Below are positions 19,907 through 28,462 of a DNA stretch of 64,000 nucleotides, piece after piece (position 1 is the stretch's first letter; every line of letters starts with the position of its first letter). Below the pieces are notes generated by a model that was not told the DNA's origin, did no database searches, and worked only from the letters and a program-made list of their open reading frames with translations. This stretch comes from a virus. The stretch is from the IMG/VR virus record IMGVR_UViG_3300032893_000017, positions 1-64,000 of that record, one strand, 5' to 3'. Both the position numbers and the translations under genes were made by a program.

Positions 19907-21400
19907 CTACAAATCTATTAATTGATTTCGGATTAATTTGTTGACGCCAATATTTCGGAATACAACAAACCTCAAGGGCGCATAAAATTTTGGCACGCAA
20001 TAAAAATTGACCGTCCCCCATCTGTATGGACCTATTTTTGCATATTCAACTTTGTGAATAGGAGCTAATTGAGCTAAGCTTACGGTTCTCAATTCTCCTG
20101 TTGCAGTCAAGTCCATCAATACAGCCTGTGAAGTTCCAGGAAGGTCTCCATTTAGATCTGTATAAGTTGTCGTTGCTCCTGTTCCCTTCTTTATTGAACC
20201 CATATAAAGAATACTGTCTCCAGTTACATTTGGTGTAGTTCCTCTATATACTTCATAGCCTGTAGGTGCATAAGCCCCACCACCTGAAGTAATTACTATA
20301 GAAATACTTCCACCTGCTGCTACTGCGACAGATTGTGCTGCAGCTGCCATTGATTTCCCATACTGGTTAACAGCAACTACTCTGTAGTAGTATGTTCCTG
20401 CAACTGCCCCACCTGAATCTCCTGATACTGAAGACCACAAAGATCCAATAACGCCTGTATTTGCTGATAGAGTAAATGTTGGAGTTGCTGGTGCTTTTAC
20501 TGAGCTTGCCCCTTCTACAAATGAACCTGGGTTTGAAGTGTCTTTTATCTTTGGAACCCCTTGTGATTCTGGATTTATAAAAATATCTGGCTCTAGTGCA
20601 AAGTCTCCATAGGCGGTTTTTACACCTTTGATTGCATGTCCTAAATCAAAAGCTCCTCCAACTTCTTGCTGGATAAGTCTTTGTTTTGAGGAATCCAATA
20701 TATTTGTAATAGTAGACATAACAGAAAGTGAAGTGTACATCTTGGTTGGTGTACCATAGTTAGCAGCTATTACTTCTGCTCCTAACTTCATGTTGTATTC
20801 TGTTATATTTGCACCTCTTAAATCAAATATATTATTCGGTGCCAGGTTTTTGACTGTAGCTATTACTCCATCAAATGCTGAAGGAATTATAGTAGAATCG
20901 CCAAAGAACAATTGTCTTTCTGTTGTTCTTAATGCTCTCATCATAGATGCCTGAACGTTGATTACTTCTGCATCTGTAATAAGTCTAGCATACTGTAATA
21001 CATCTGAAACTCTCCACAAGGTTCTGATATATTTCATAACAGCATATTTTCTTTGAAATTCTGCATCGTCTTCTTCTGGGTTTTCCATCTGTCCTACAAA
21101 CCCACCTTCTGTTCCATAGCCATCTTGTACAGAATATTCTTCCAATGTACTGAATGCTTTATGAACACCAATGTCTTTGAAGAACTTAAGATGCTTTTCT
21201 TGGAATGTCAACATAGCTAACTGAGTTTCCAAACTCTGTGGTTGTAAGGCACCACCTGCAGCTAAATTAGCTATGTCAGTAACACCCTCTTGAGCTTGTA
21301 ATGCTTTTACAATATCAAGAATTTCTTTCTGCCCTGCCTCTCCGTAATGATTGGACATCAAGCCAATATCATTAAAAAGTTCATTTCCTGCTAAGTTCAT
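19907..21400 (-). CDS. major capsid protein (large-myovirus type) with inserted Ig/FN3-like domain
   Basis: IVKAL...GGALQPQSLE...STLEEY...ERQLFFGDS...FDG motifs; insert AGTYYYRVVAVNQYGKS. Confidence 0.9.
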   Translation of the reverse strand: MNLAGNELFNDIGLMSNHYGEAGQKEILDIVKALQAQEGVTDIANLAAGGALQPQSLETQLAMLTFQEKHLKFFKDIGVHKAFSTLEEYSVQDGYGTEGGFVGQMENPEEDDAEFQRKYAVMKYIRTLWRVSDVLQYARLITDAEVINVQASMMRALRTTERQLFFGDSTIIPSAFDGVIATVKNLAPNNIFDLRGANITEYNMKLGAEVIAANYGTPTKMYTSLSVMSTITNILDSSKQRLIQQEVGGAFDLGHAIKGVKTAYGDFALEPDIFINPESQGVPKIKDTSNPGSFVEGASSVKAPATPTFTLSANTGVIGSLWSSVSGDSGGAVAGTYYYRVVAVNQYGKSMAAAAQSVAVAAGGSISIVITSGGGAYAPTGYEVYRGTTPNVTGDSILYMGSIKKGTGATTTYTDLNGDLPGTSQAVLMDLTATGELRTVSLAQLAPIHKVEYAKIGPYRWGTVNFYCVPKFYAPLRFVVFRNIGVNKLIRNQLIDL

Positions 21401-22164
21401 CTTTTACCTCCTATCCCTCTTTCTATAACTGACAATGCTTTTGGGGAAAGTGCTTGCATATTGTAGTTATACATCTCCCATTTTGAAATCTCCATAGAAG
21501 ATAATTCTCCATCTTGTACAGATTTTAACAGGATGCTCTTAACTGATTCTAAATCTCCTCGTGATGGAACCATTGAACCTGTTTCTTCTCCAAAAGACTT
21601 ATTTAGAATTTGCTCTTTGCTAATCTTACCTTTTACTGGTAATGGTTGCTTTGCTATTTTTTCTACTTCGTCACTTATTGATTTAATAAGTTTAGATTCA
21701 TCCAAAGCAACTTTAGCAAGTGATTTCTGAAAGTCATTATTCTCCTCCAGTGATTTCTGGAGTTGTTCTACTGTATTGGTCAATCCTTCCAATACTTTTA
21801 CAAAGGATTTCAAAACTGGAACTGCGTCGATGATTTCTTCATTTTCTGATACTACATCGTCCAATGATTTTTTCATCTTTCCTTTACCTTTCTCCTCTTT
21901 TTCATCCTCATCATCCTCTCCTTCATCCTCTCCTTCGTCTGTCATTTTTTCTGCCTTCTCTATCATGTTCTTCATTTTTGCTCGCCATTTAGGATCTTTC
22001 ATTTTCTCCTCGTAATCGTCTGACCTTGCTTTAAGGATATCATCAAGATCGTTAATATTTTGTTCTAAAGATTTCTGAAGTTCAGCTTTAGGATCCAATT
22101 GAGCTTGTGTTGAATCTACATTCTGATTCTGAGTTCCTTTAGAATTTGTATTTTGCTCTGCCAT
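21397..22164 (-). CDS. capsid scaffolding protein
   Basis: Acidic coiled-coil protein with about ten xxKS/KA motifs, between protease and capsid. Confidence 0.75.
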   Translation of the reverse strand: MAEQNTNSKGTQNQNVDSTQAQLDPKAELQKSLEQNINDLDDILKARSDDYEEKMKDPKWRAKMKNMIEKAEKMTDEGEDEGEDDEDEKEEKGKGKMKKSLDDVVSENEEIIDAVPVLKSFVKVLEGLTNTVEQLQKSLEENNDFQKSLAKVALDESKLIKSISDEVEKIAKQPLPVKGKISKEQILNKSFGEETGSMVPSRGDLESVKSILLKSVQDGELSSMEISKWEMYNYNMQALSPKALSVIERGIGGKR

Positions 22165-23132
22165 TATATACCTCCATTTAATTTTATTTTTATCAATTGT
22201 GCCTTATTATTAGACAGCAATCGTATAATTTCAAGAGCTTCTGGTTTATTAAACCCTCTAGCAATTAAATAGTTATAATATGATTTTACATCGTTCATAG
22301 AGTTATTCTCAACGAGATCTCTTAGAATCGATGGAAGCATCCTCATTAATTTTTCATAGCTAACTCCTGTAAAGGTTTGTTTTGCAATCCCTCCTTCTAA
22401 TGATTGAGTTTGTATATTCTGTCCACCGGACATCCCTTGAATAGAAGTGGATGTACCAGCTTCTAATGTTTTTAGTATTGAATCGTCTTCAAATGATTTT
22501 ATAAAAGAATTGAAAGAATCAAATTGATATGTATATTTACAGTCACAATTTTTGCATTTAGTTCCTTCTTTACATTGCCCGTTATTGGAACAAGACTTTC
22601 TAAGTGATACTAAAGTATTTTGGTGTATAGCTGTCTGTCTTTTTGTAATTGCAATATGACGCAATGATATTTTAGATATGTTATTTATTTTATTTTTAGT
22701 TATTGGATCTTCTTCAATAGACTTTTGAAGTATTTTTCCTCCAACAGAAGCTCCAAAAACATTACTTCCAGCTTCTAATGCAGGTAGAATAGCTTTCATT
22801 ACATAAGGATTTTTAGCAAAAAGAAAAGCATTACAAATGGGTAACTGTCTGATGTTGTCTATAAATAATTCTTCGGGTTGTCCTATTATAGCTTCACTTT
22901 TTTCCAATTCAGTTTTACCTAAAATCGATTTATGGTCCCAGTCGATATAGCCATCATGCAGAAATGCTTCAATACATTCATTATTAAAAGCTTTTAATAA
23001 TATTCTATCATTTACTCTATCTTTTGTTGGTTCATTGGGAATTATTTCTATTGGGATACGTCCATTCTTTTCTTCTCCTGATTTTCTGAAATTAACTGGA
23101 TATGTATAACTTATATCAATAAATTCTATCAT
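22164..23132 (-). CDS. prohead protease
   Basis: DRVNDRI, GYIDWDH, IIGQP, GASVGG and HIAIT motifs of the phage prohead serine protease family. Confidence 0.85.
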   Translation of the reverse strand: MIEFIDISYTYPVNFRKSGEEKNGRIPIEIIPNEPTKDRVNDRILLKAFNNECIEAFLHDGYIDWDHKSILGKTELEKSEAIIGQPEELFIDNIRQLPICNAFLFAKNPYVMKAILPALEAGSNVFGASVGGKILQKSIEEDPITKNKINNISKISLRHIAITKRQTAIHQNTLVSLRKSCSNNGQCKEGTKCKNCDCKYTYQFDSFNSFIKSFEDDSILKTLEAGTSTSIQGMSGGQNIQTQSLEGGIAKQTFTGVSYEKLMRMLPSILRDLVENNSMNDVKSYYNYLIARGFNKPEALEIIRLLSNNKAQLIKIKLNGGI

Positions 23133-24000
23133 GTAAAATCACCACATAATTTTTTAATTTATTTATTCTTTTTGTTTTAATTCCTTTATTTATAGCTTCT
23201 TGAGATAATTTTTTGCCTTTCTTTTTTTCACTCATTCTTCTAATACTTTCGTCGGTTTCTTTTGTAAGACCTTTTCTTGATGAAGGCATTCCAATAGCAT
23301 TATGACCAGCAATATATAGTCGACCACAAATTTGATTACATCCGCAAAGGCAGGTTTCTTGGGTTTTACCTATTTTTTGCCAGTATTGCTCTTTGGACAT
23401 TCTTGTTCCAGTTCTCCAGGTAGGTTTTCCTTTTTTTGATATACTAAGATTATTTCTATGAATTTCAGATTTTGGTTTACCTTTAAGAGATTTACTTATT
23501 TTATCTCCCCAAGTAACTATTATATTTTTTTTCAATTTACTCATTTTTAGTCTATATTCTTTAGACTCCATAGTTATTTTTCTTTTTTCATTTGCTTCTG
23601 CTCCAAGATTGCCACCTTGACCACCATCAGTAATATTATATAAATCATATCCAGAATTTCTGAAAAGTTTAATAAAATATTTTTCCATAAAATCAGCTTC
23701 TTGTTTTGTTTCTGCTCTTAATATAAGTCTTCTTGAAAAATTTTCTCTTCCATATTTTTTAATAGCATTATTTATTCTAACGCCTGAACCAAGATAATTG
23801 ATATTATCAGCTTTTGTAGTTTGCCCAATATATATTTTTCTATTTGTTTTATTTTCAATTTTATAGATTTTATATTTAAATACTTTTTCTTGTCTTTCTA
23901 TTTCATTTAAACATTGAGACATTTTATTTTCTTCTCTTTCTGATTTGATTAATTCTGCTGGAAAAGAATAAAAAAAAGGCATTGACAAGTCATCTAACAT
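23116..24000 (-). mobile_element. free-standing GIY-YIG homing endonuclease with NUMOD3-like repeats
   Basis: KIYKIENKTNRKIYIGQT, YLGSG, AIKKYG, YNITDGG motifs; repeated (I)SKSLKGK units; CLCGC..GHN. Confidence 0.9.
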
Positions 24001-24049
24001 TATTCATCCTTTTTAAAACGAATAAAATTATAGGCTTATCAATGCCTTT
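23975..24049 (-). promoter_or_regulatory. RNA hairpin enclosing the RBS and AUG of the endonuclease
   Basis: Inverted repeat aaaggcattgacaagtc (23975-23991) / ggcttatcaatgccttt (24033-24049), plus an inner stem over AAGGA. Confidence 0.6.
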
Positions 24050-24112
24050 AGCTTAAGTTATTCAAAATATTGCAACTTCTCGGGTAAATAAAAAGTTGCT
24101 AATTTAGTCTTA

Positions 24113-24141
24113 ATTATAAATTATTTTAGAGGAAAAGTAAA
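24113..24141 (-). promoter_or_regulatory. promoter TTTACT-N17-TATAAT for the head/tail operon
   Basis: Read directly; lies just downstream of a terminator. Confidence 0.6.
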
Positions 24142-24178
24142 TAACTTTTTACTATTTTTTTGAAAATTATTTAGAGAC

Positions 24179-24206
24179 AAAAAAAGCTAGGCAATTTAGC
24201 CTAGCT
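24179..24206 (-). terminator. intrinsic terminator ending the small-gene operon
   Basis: AGCUAGGC-UAAAUU-GCCUAGCU followed by a U-tract. Confidence 0.85.
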
Positions 24207-24229
24207 GATTTTCTTTATTTTGTTTCTGT

Positions 24230-24574
24230 TTATGCAATTAAATATTCAATAGCTTCCTTTTCTGTATTAAAAGCTATTTTCTTTTTTTGTGCAAACATGT
24301 TGTATGTTGCCAGCATTATCTTTTTTGGCAGATCTAATCCAATTACACAGGTTTTAATTGCCTGTCTGTCAAAAATAGGCGCATACTTTTTTACTTTTTC
24401 TCTATACTCCTGATTTGCCACTGCTCCGGTAACATTTGTGAGAACTAAAAATCTCTCACATGGATTTTTTAAAAAATGATTTTTTGCTTCTTCAATTACT
24501 TTCACAGAACTTTCACCTTTTGAATAATCAATTACAAATATACTTTTCATTCTTGCTGTAATATAATATATCAT
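24230..24574 (-). CDS. STAS/SEC14-like (SpoIIAA-like) domain protein
   Basis: IFVIDYS...LVLTNVTG...TCVIGL...AFNTEKEAIEYL pattern. Confidence 0.65.
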   Translation of the reverse strand: MIYYITARMKSIFVIDYSKGESSVKVIEEAKNHFLKNPCERFLVLTNVTGAVANQEYREKVKKYAPIFDRQAIKTCVIGLDLPKKIMLATYNMFAQKKKIAFNTEKEAIEYLIA

Positions 24575-24586
24575 AGATTACCTCCT

Positions 24587-24793
24587 TTATGCAAGATCTC
24601 TATTTGGATTCAACCAAAATTCAGTATTGTCTAACTTATCGTAAACAATTACTTCTTTTACCATTTCTGGAATTTCTGTTTCCTGTAAACTATTATACAC
24701 TTTTTTTACTCTCAAGGTAAAAGCCTTTGAATTTTTATTTTCATCTTCTTCCATTTTTTTAATTGCTTTCAAGATATCTTCTTTTTTTATCAT
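24587..24793 (-). CDS. hypothetical protein
   Basis: ORF with AAGGAGG RBS. Confidence 0.6.
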   Translation of the reverse strand: MIKKEDILKAIKKMEEDENKNSKAFTLRVKKVYNSLQETEIPEMVKEVIVYDKLDNTEFWLNPNRDLA

Positions 24794-24831
24794 TTTTATT
24801 TCCTCCTTTTTCTACTCAAATTATTATACAA

Positions 24832-24966
24832 TTAAAACCAACATCTTTTATTAAGACGTTTGATAATAAAATAGCTTATTATCTTACAAAACAGATGTCT
24901 TCTTTTTTTAGAAGGCTTATTACAAAATTCACATTTTATATCTTTTTCTTTTGCTTTCTCAATCAT
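24832..24966 (-). CDS. small hypothetical protein (44 aa, CxxC; not in track)
   Basis: MIEKAKEKDIKCEFCNK...; AGGAGG RBS; ATGA overlap. Confidence 0.5.
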   Translation of the reverse strand: MIEKAKEKDIKCEFCNKPSKKRRHLFCKIISYFIIKRLNKRCWF

Positions 24967-25163
24967 AATATTATCCTCCTAACTATTTTCCCTCGATCTT
25001 CTAAAGGTAAATTATTAATTACTTCAATTAAGCGATAAGTAACTGTTTCATTATCCGGCATATTTTTTATAGTTTCATCACTTGCACTATCATCCAGAGT
25101 TTTCCAAAGTGCATAAAAAATACTTGCTCTAAAATTAGAATTTAAACATCTATTTTCTTTCAT
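24963..25163 (-). CDS. hypothetical protein
   Basis: ORF with GGAGG RBS. Confidence 0.6.
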   Translation of the reverse strand: MKENRCLNSNFRASIFYALWKTLDDSASDETIKNMPDNETVTYRLIEVINNLPLEDRGKIVRRIIL

Positions 25164-25312
25164 ATATTACCTCCTTTCTTTACTAAATCTTTTCTAATTT
25201 TTTCGTAGGAATAACATTCCTGAAAAAGTTTAAGATTTGATACCCTATCAATTGTATCTTCTAATACTTTTAAATTTTTCTGAAATTCTCCAAACCAATT
25301 AATCCTTTGCAT
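25160..25312 (-). CDS. hypothetical protein (start moved to MQRINW)
   Basis: AAGGAG RBS precedes ATG 25312. Confidence 0.5.
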   Translation of the reverse strand: MQRINWFGEFQKNLKVLEDTIDRVSNLKLFQECYSYEKIRKDLVKKGGNI

Positions 25313-25530
25313 AGTTTTCTCCTTTAAAATATTTTTCAAATTCCTCTTCTTTAAAATTCTCATGAAGAAAAATTTTATTTATATAATTTAAGTGTTCTAT
25401 ACTTTCTTTATCTAATTTTCCTTCCTCTACAATTTCTTTTCTTTCATGTCTTAACTTTAGTAACCACTGCTCTTTCTGACGTTTTTTTATCTTTACTTTC
25501 TAGATCTGAATGTTTTAAATACAGATCCAT
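25299..25530 (-). pseudogene. frameshifted small gene (extra A in A7 run)
   Basis: Strong RBS and ATG at 25530; frame 0 stops after 28 codons, but the +1 frame from the A7 run (25482-25488) continues to TAA at 25299. Confidence 0.5.
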
Positions 25531-25541
25531 AGTTACCTCCT

Positions 25542-25751
25542 TTAAATTATTTTTCTAAAACTATTAATATTTCCTGTTTGAAGATATTTATTTCCTTGAT
25601 AATGACATAAAACTAATTCAGCATATTCAAATGCATCTTTGAACAACCAAAGAGTTTTATAAGGAAAAGACTTACACGAGTCTATTACTTCTCTTTCTGT
25701 TTTTTCTTTAATTAAATCTAATGAGATTGTATTCATAATTATCATTTTCAT
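25542..25751 (-). CDS. hypothetical protein
   Basis: ORF with AAGGAG RBS. Confidence 0.55.
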   Translation of the reverse strand: MKMIIMNTISLDLIKEKTEREVIDSCKSFPYKTLWLFKDAFEYAELVLCHYQGNKYLQTGNINSFRKII

Positions 25752-25783
25752 CTCCTTGTAAAATAATTATAATTTAGAATCTT

Positions 25784-25832
25784 AAAGATTCAATTAAAGG
25801 CTCTATGTTTCAAGAGCCTAAAATTTAATCTT
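25784..25832 (-). ncRNA. conserved intergenic stem-loop element, copy A (unidentified)
   Basis: AAGAUUAAAUU-UU-AGGCUCU-loop-AGAGCCU-UU-AAUUGAAUCUUU. Confidence 0.7.
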
Positions 25833-26202
25833 AAATTATTTCTCCAGCTTCAATTTCATTCTCTGTAAGATCACTTTCTTTGATCTTTCTTTGTAACCAA
25901 TATTTGAATTCTAAAGCAACTTCCTCTGATACAGCTCCAATATGCCAATCATAAGATTTCTGATTTCTAAACTCTTCGACAGAAGGATAACCTCCATGAT
26001 ATAATTTAGTTTCTTTATAATCATATAAGGTTACAACATGACCTTTTTCAGATTCCAGTATCCATTTTGTACTTACTTTATATCCATCTGATACAGGTAA
26101 ACAACTTCCTAAAATTTTTGTCAAAATTGAATAAGAATTTTTATAATTTGTTTGGAAACTTGTTCCACAAGCATCTGCTTTTAAATTCACTTTAAATTCC
26201 AT
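25831..26202 (-). CDS. conserved phage hypothetical protein
   Basis: GTSFQ...DGYKV..KW...VTLYDYK...WHIG pattern; RBS. Confidence 0.65.
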   Translation of the reverse strand: MEFKVNLKADACGTSFQTNYKNSYSILTKILGSCLPVSDGYKVSTKWILESEKGHVVTLYDYKETKLYHGGYPSVEEFRNQKSYDWHIGAVSEEVALEFKYWLQRKIKESDLTENEIEAGEII

Positions 26203-26242
26203 AAAATCCTCCTTTTAAAATAATTTAGTTTTAGAATCCATA

Positions 26243-26291
26243 AAAGATTCAATTAAAGCCTTCAGTTGTTTGAAGGCTGAAATTCAATCTT
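26243..26291 (-). ncRNA. conserved intergenic stem-loop element, copy B
   Basis: AAGAUUGAAUU-UC-AGCCUUCA-loop-UGAAGGCU-UU-AAUUGAAUCUUU. Confidence 0.7.
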
Positions 26292-26507
26292 CTAAACTAT
26301 ATCATTTACAATAGCATCTACCTTAATGATTATTACTTTTGTCTCATACAAATTAGTAACTGGCTGCAATACTACATAGCATTCATTGTCTTGTAAGTTA
26401 TAAGTATAATCTAGTTCTTTATTTCTATCAAAGATTTTTATCTCTTTATAGTCTCTACTTATTTCTCCTACATAATAATCTTCTCCTTTAAACTTAATTT
26501 TTTCCAT
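26292..26507 (-). CDS. hypothetical protein
   Basis: ORF with AGGAGG RBS. Confidence 0.6.
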   Translation of the reverse strand: MEKIKFKGEDYYVGEISRDYKEIKIFDRNKELDYTYNLQDNECYVVLQPVTNLYETKVIIIKVDAIVNDIV

Positions 26508-26664
26508 TTAATATTTTCCTCCTTTTAATATCTTTTCTAACATCTGAATAATCTCCGCATTTTTTGAATGAACAGGTTTTATCTTTATTACTTTTATCTT
26601 CTAATTTCAATACACAGCAATCATCTGTTGTTATGAATACACATAATCTTTTTGATCTTCTCAT
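26494..26664 (-). CDS. small Cys-rich hypothetical protein (not in track)
   Basis: MRRSKRLCVFITTDDCC...; fills the gap; AAGGAG RBS. Confidence 0.5.
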   Translation of the reverse strand: MRRSKRLCVFITTDDCCVLKLEDKSNKDKTCSFKKCGDYSDVRKDIKRRKILNGKN

Positions 26665-26843
26665 GTTTTATCTCCTTTAAGATACAATTTATTTTTATTT
26701 TTTAAAATTGCCAAACATTTTGAGCATAAAAATTTTTTATTTTCTATCTTTAAAAAACTTTCTACTTCTATACTATTTCCATTTCCATTATGACATCTGC
26801 AAATTATACTATTTGTTCTTATACTGAAAGCATGTGTTTTCAT
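26661..26843 (-). CDS. hypothetical protein (His/Cys, CxxC)
   Basis: ORF with RBS. Confidence 0.55.
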   Translation of the reverse strand: MKTHAFSIRTNSIICRCHNGNGNSIEVESFLKIENKKFLCSKCLAILKNKNKLYLKGDKT

Positions 26844-26865
26844 CTTTATTTCCTTTAAGTTTTAT

Positions 26866-27237
26866 CTAATCTTTCTTCTTTTTATATTTCAAAATAATTT
26901 CTAAAGCATTGTATATCTCTTCATAATTATTTTCATTTACTTCGATCAAATTTGCAAGACTATTTATTTTTGATTTAACAGTTTCAATGTTTTTCTGTTT
27001 TATTATTTCTGGAGTTACTTCACCAAAATAAATAGAATCAAAACTTCCAAATCTTCCAGAGCTTCTTGAACCATACTGGTATCCTGAATTTTTTTCAATT
27101 TTATATTCTTTTTCTCTTACAACTACAATATGAAATTTTTCAGTTTGTCTTACTATCGTATAGATTCTTATATTTCCAGAATATTTTTCAGTAGTATAAA
27201 CTTTGTCTCCAATTTTTAAATGACTTAAATCTCTCAT
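26866..27237 (-). CDS. hypothetical protein (LKIGDKV SH3/KOW-like start)
   Basis: Strong AAGGAGGTG RBS and its own promoter. Confidence 0.65.
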   Translation of the reverse strand: MRDLSHLKIGDKVYTTEKYSGNIRIYTIVRQTEKFHIVVVREKEYKIEKNSGYQYGSRSSGRFGSFDSIYFGEVTPEIIKQKNIETVKSKINSLANLIEVNENNYEEIYNALEIILKYKKKKD

Positions 27238-27263
27238 TCAATTCACCTCCTTATTTTAAAATC

Positions 27264-27293
27264 ATTATACAATCTAAAAAATAAAAATTAACC
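27264..27293 (-). promoter_or_regulatory. promoter GGTTAATT-N13-TTGTATAAT
   Basis: Same motif and spacing at 30263-30292. Confidence 0.65.
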
Positions 27294-27294
27294 T

Positions 27295-27486
27295 TCAAAT
27301 AATAATATCTTTTTTCATGTTATATTTTTTGTAGATATGTTTCATAACTTCACTTTGCTCTGTGTTGGGTTGTTCATCTCTTTTGGCGTTACATAAAGGA
27401 CATTCATTATATATAGAAGACTTTACATAATTTTCTTTGCACTTGCAATTCCAAAAATTAGGATTAAGTTCAATTCTCTTTTTCAT
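27295..27486 (-). CDS. small zinc-binding hypothetical protein
   Basis: WNCKC...CPLC. Confidence 0.6.
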   Translation of the reverse strand: MKKRIELNPNFWNCKCKENYVKSSIYNECPLCNAKRDEQPNTEQSEVMKHIYKKYNMKKDIII

Positions 27487-27499
27487 ATATCTTGTCTCC

Positions 27500-27826
27500 T
27501 TAATTATATAAAGTTTTTATCCAGCATCTTTTGTTTGTATCTCCCCAATCATAAAGTTCTTCCATTAAATAATTAAACTCTTCTACTGCTTCTCTATTTT
27601 CTTTGTAATAATCTGGATTACAGTTTTCTTTCAGTTCTTCAAATTCAATAATTAAATTATCAATCTTATCTTCATCATTTAATGGTTTTATTTTCTTCAA
27701 TCCTGTAATAACACAATCACAAAGTTTTGAAGTTTCTTCAAAAGTAATTTCATCTTCATCTTTGTCTTTTGTTAATTCCCAAACTCCATGAATGTCTAAA
27801 GTAGCTTTCCAATTTAAATTTTTCAT
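27500..27826 (-). CDS. conserved phage hypothetical protein
   Basis: WKATLDI...FNYLMEELYDWGD..RCWI pattern. Confidence 0.65.
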   Translation of the reverse strand: MKNLNWKATLDIHGVWELTKDKDEDEITFEETSKLCDCVITGLKKIKPLNDEDKIDNLIIEFEELKENCNPDYYKENREAVEEFNYLMEELYDWGDTNKRCWIKTLYN

Positions 27827-27838
27827 TTGTTTTCTCCT

Positions 27839-27902
27839 TTGATCTATCTCATCAGTTGCAAGTGATCAATCTTGCAAGACTCCCAGTTAAGGGAGTTTCG
27901 AA
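27839..27902 (-). ncRNA. hammerhead ribozyme, type II with pseudoknot
   Basis: UC-GAAA-CUCCC(uuaacu)GGGAG-UC-UUGCAAG(auugauca)CUUGCAA-CUGAUGA-GA; loop I UUGAUC pairs with 3' GAUCAA. Confidence 0.88.
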
Positions 27903-27903
27903 T

Positions 27904-28056
27904 TTATTTAACTTTCTTTTCCAATATCTTTTTCATATCAGGACTTATTACTGCATCTGGATCAAGTAAATCTTTTATGATCTGCTGTTTTTCAGTTTCA
28001 TTGTTTGCACTGTGTAATAATACTGCAACTTCAAGGTCATTGTAATAATATTTCAT
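27904..28056 (-). CDS. small hypothetical protein (not in track)
   Basis: 50 aa MKYYYNDLEV...; AAGGAGG RBS. Confidence 0.55.
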   Translation of the reverse strand: MKYYYNDLEVAVLLHSANNETEKQQIIKDLLDPDAVISPDMKKILEKKVK

Positions 28057-28057
28057 A

Positions 28058-28234
28058 CTATTCCTCCTTATATATTTCTGATAAATATTTTATTTCTGCA
28101 CAATAACCACAATGTGCATCATAATATTTATCATTTGGAGCAAGGTATGGTTTATATCTTTTATCAATTTTTTCTTCTGGCTTTGCTCCAACTACTTTCC
28201 TATAATTTTTTAAAAATTCTTTACAAGTATTCAT
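28058..28234 (-). CDS. small hypothetical protein (not in track)
   Basis: 58 aa MNTCKEFL...HCGYC; AAGGAGG RBS. Confidence 0.55.
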   Translation of the reverse strand: MNTCKEFLKNYRKVVGAKPEEKIDKRYKPYLAPNDKYYDAHCGYCAEIKYLSEIYKEE

Positions 28235-28449
28235 AAGGCTCCTCCTTTATACTTTACATGGTGCATTATTGAAAAACTTGAATATTTTAATATTTCATCA
28301 AATTTTTCTTTTTCTAAAACATAACAGGGATTTACTTTATAACCATTTCTTCTTATTTCTGAAATAAAATTACTTTTTGTTTTACAGTCTCGTTCTAAAA
28401 ATAATTTCTCTTTAGTTTTTTTATCTGTAACCATTGCTTTGAAAATCAT
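28231..28449 (-). CDS. hypothetical protein
   Basis: ORF with AGGAGG RBS. Confidence 0.6.
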   Translation of the reverse strand: MIFKAMVTDKKTKEKLFLERDCKTKSNFISEIRRNGYKVNPCYVLEKEKFDEILKYSSFSIMHHVKYKGGAL

Positions 28450-28462
28450 AAAATCCTCCTAT

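Noticed and set aside
23116-24000. Group I intron around the GIY-YIG gene
   Set aside because: The ORF overlaps the protease start and no catalytic core (P7 etc.) was recognisable.
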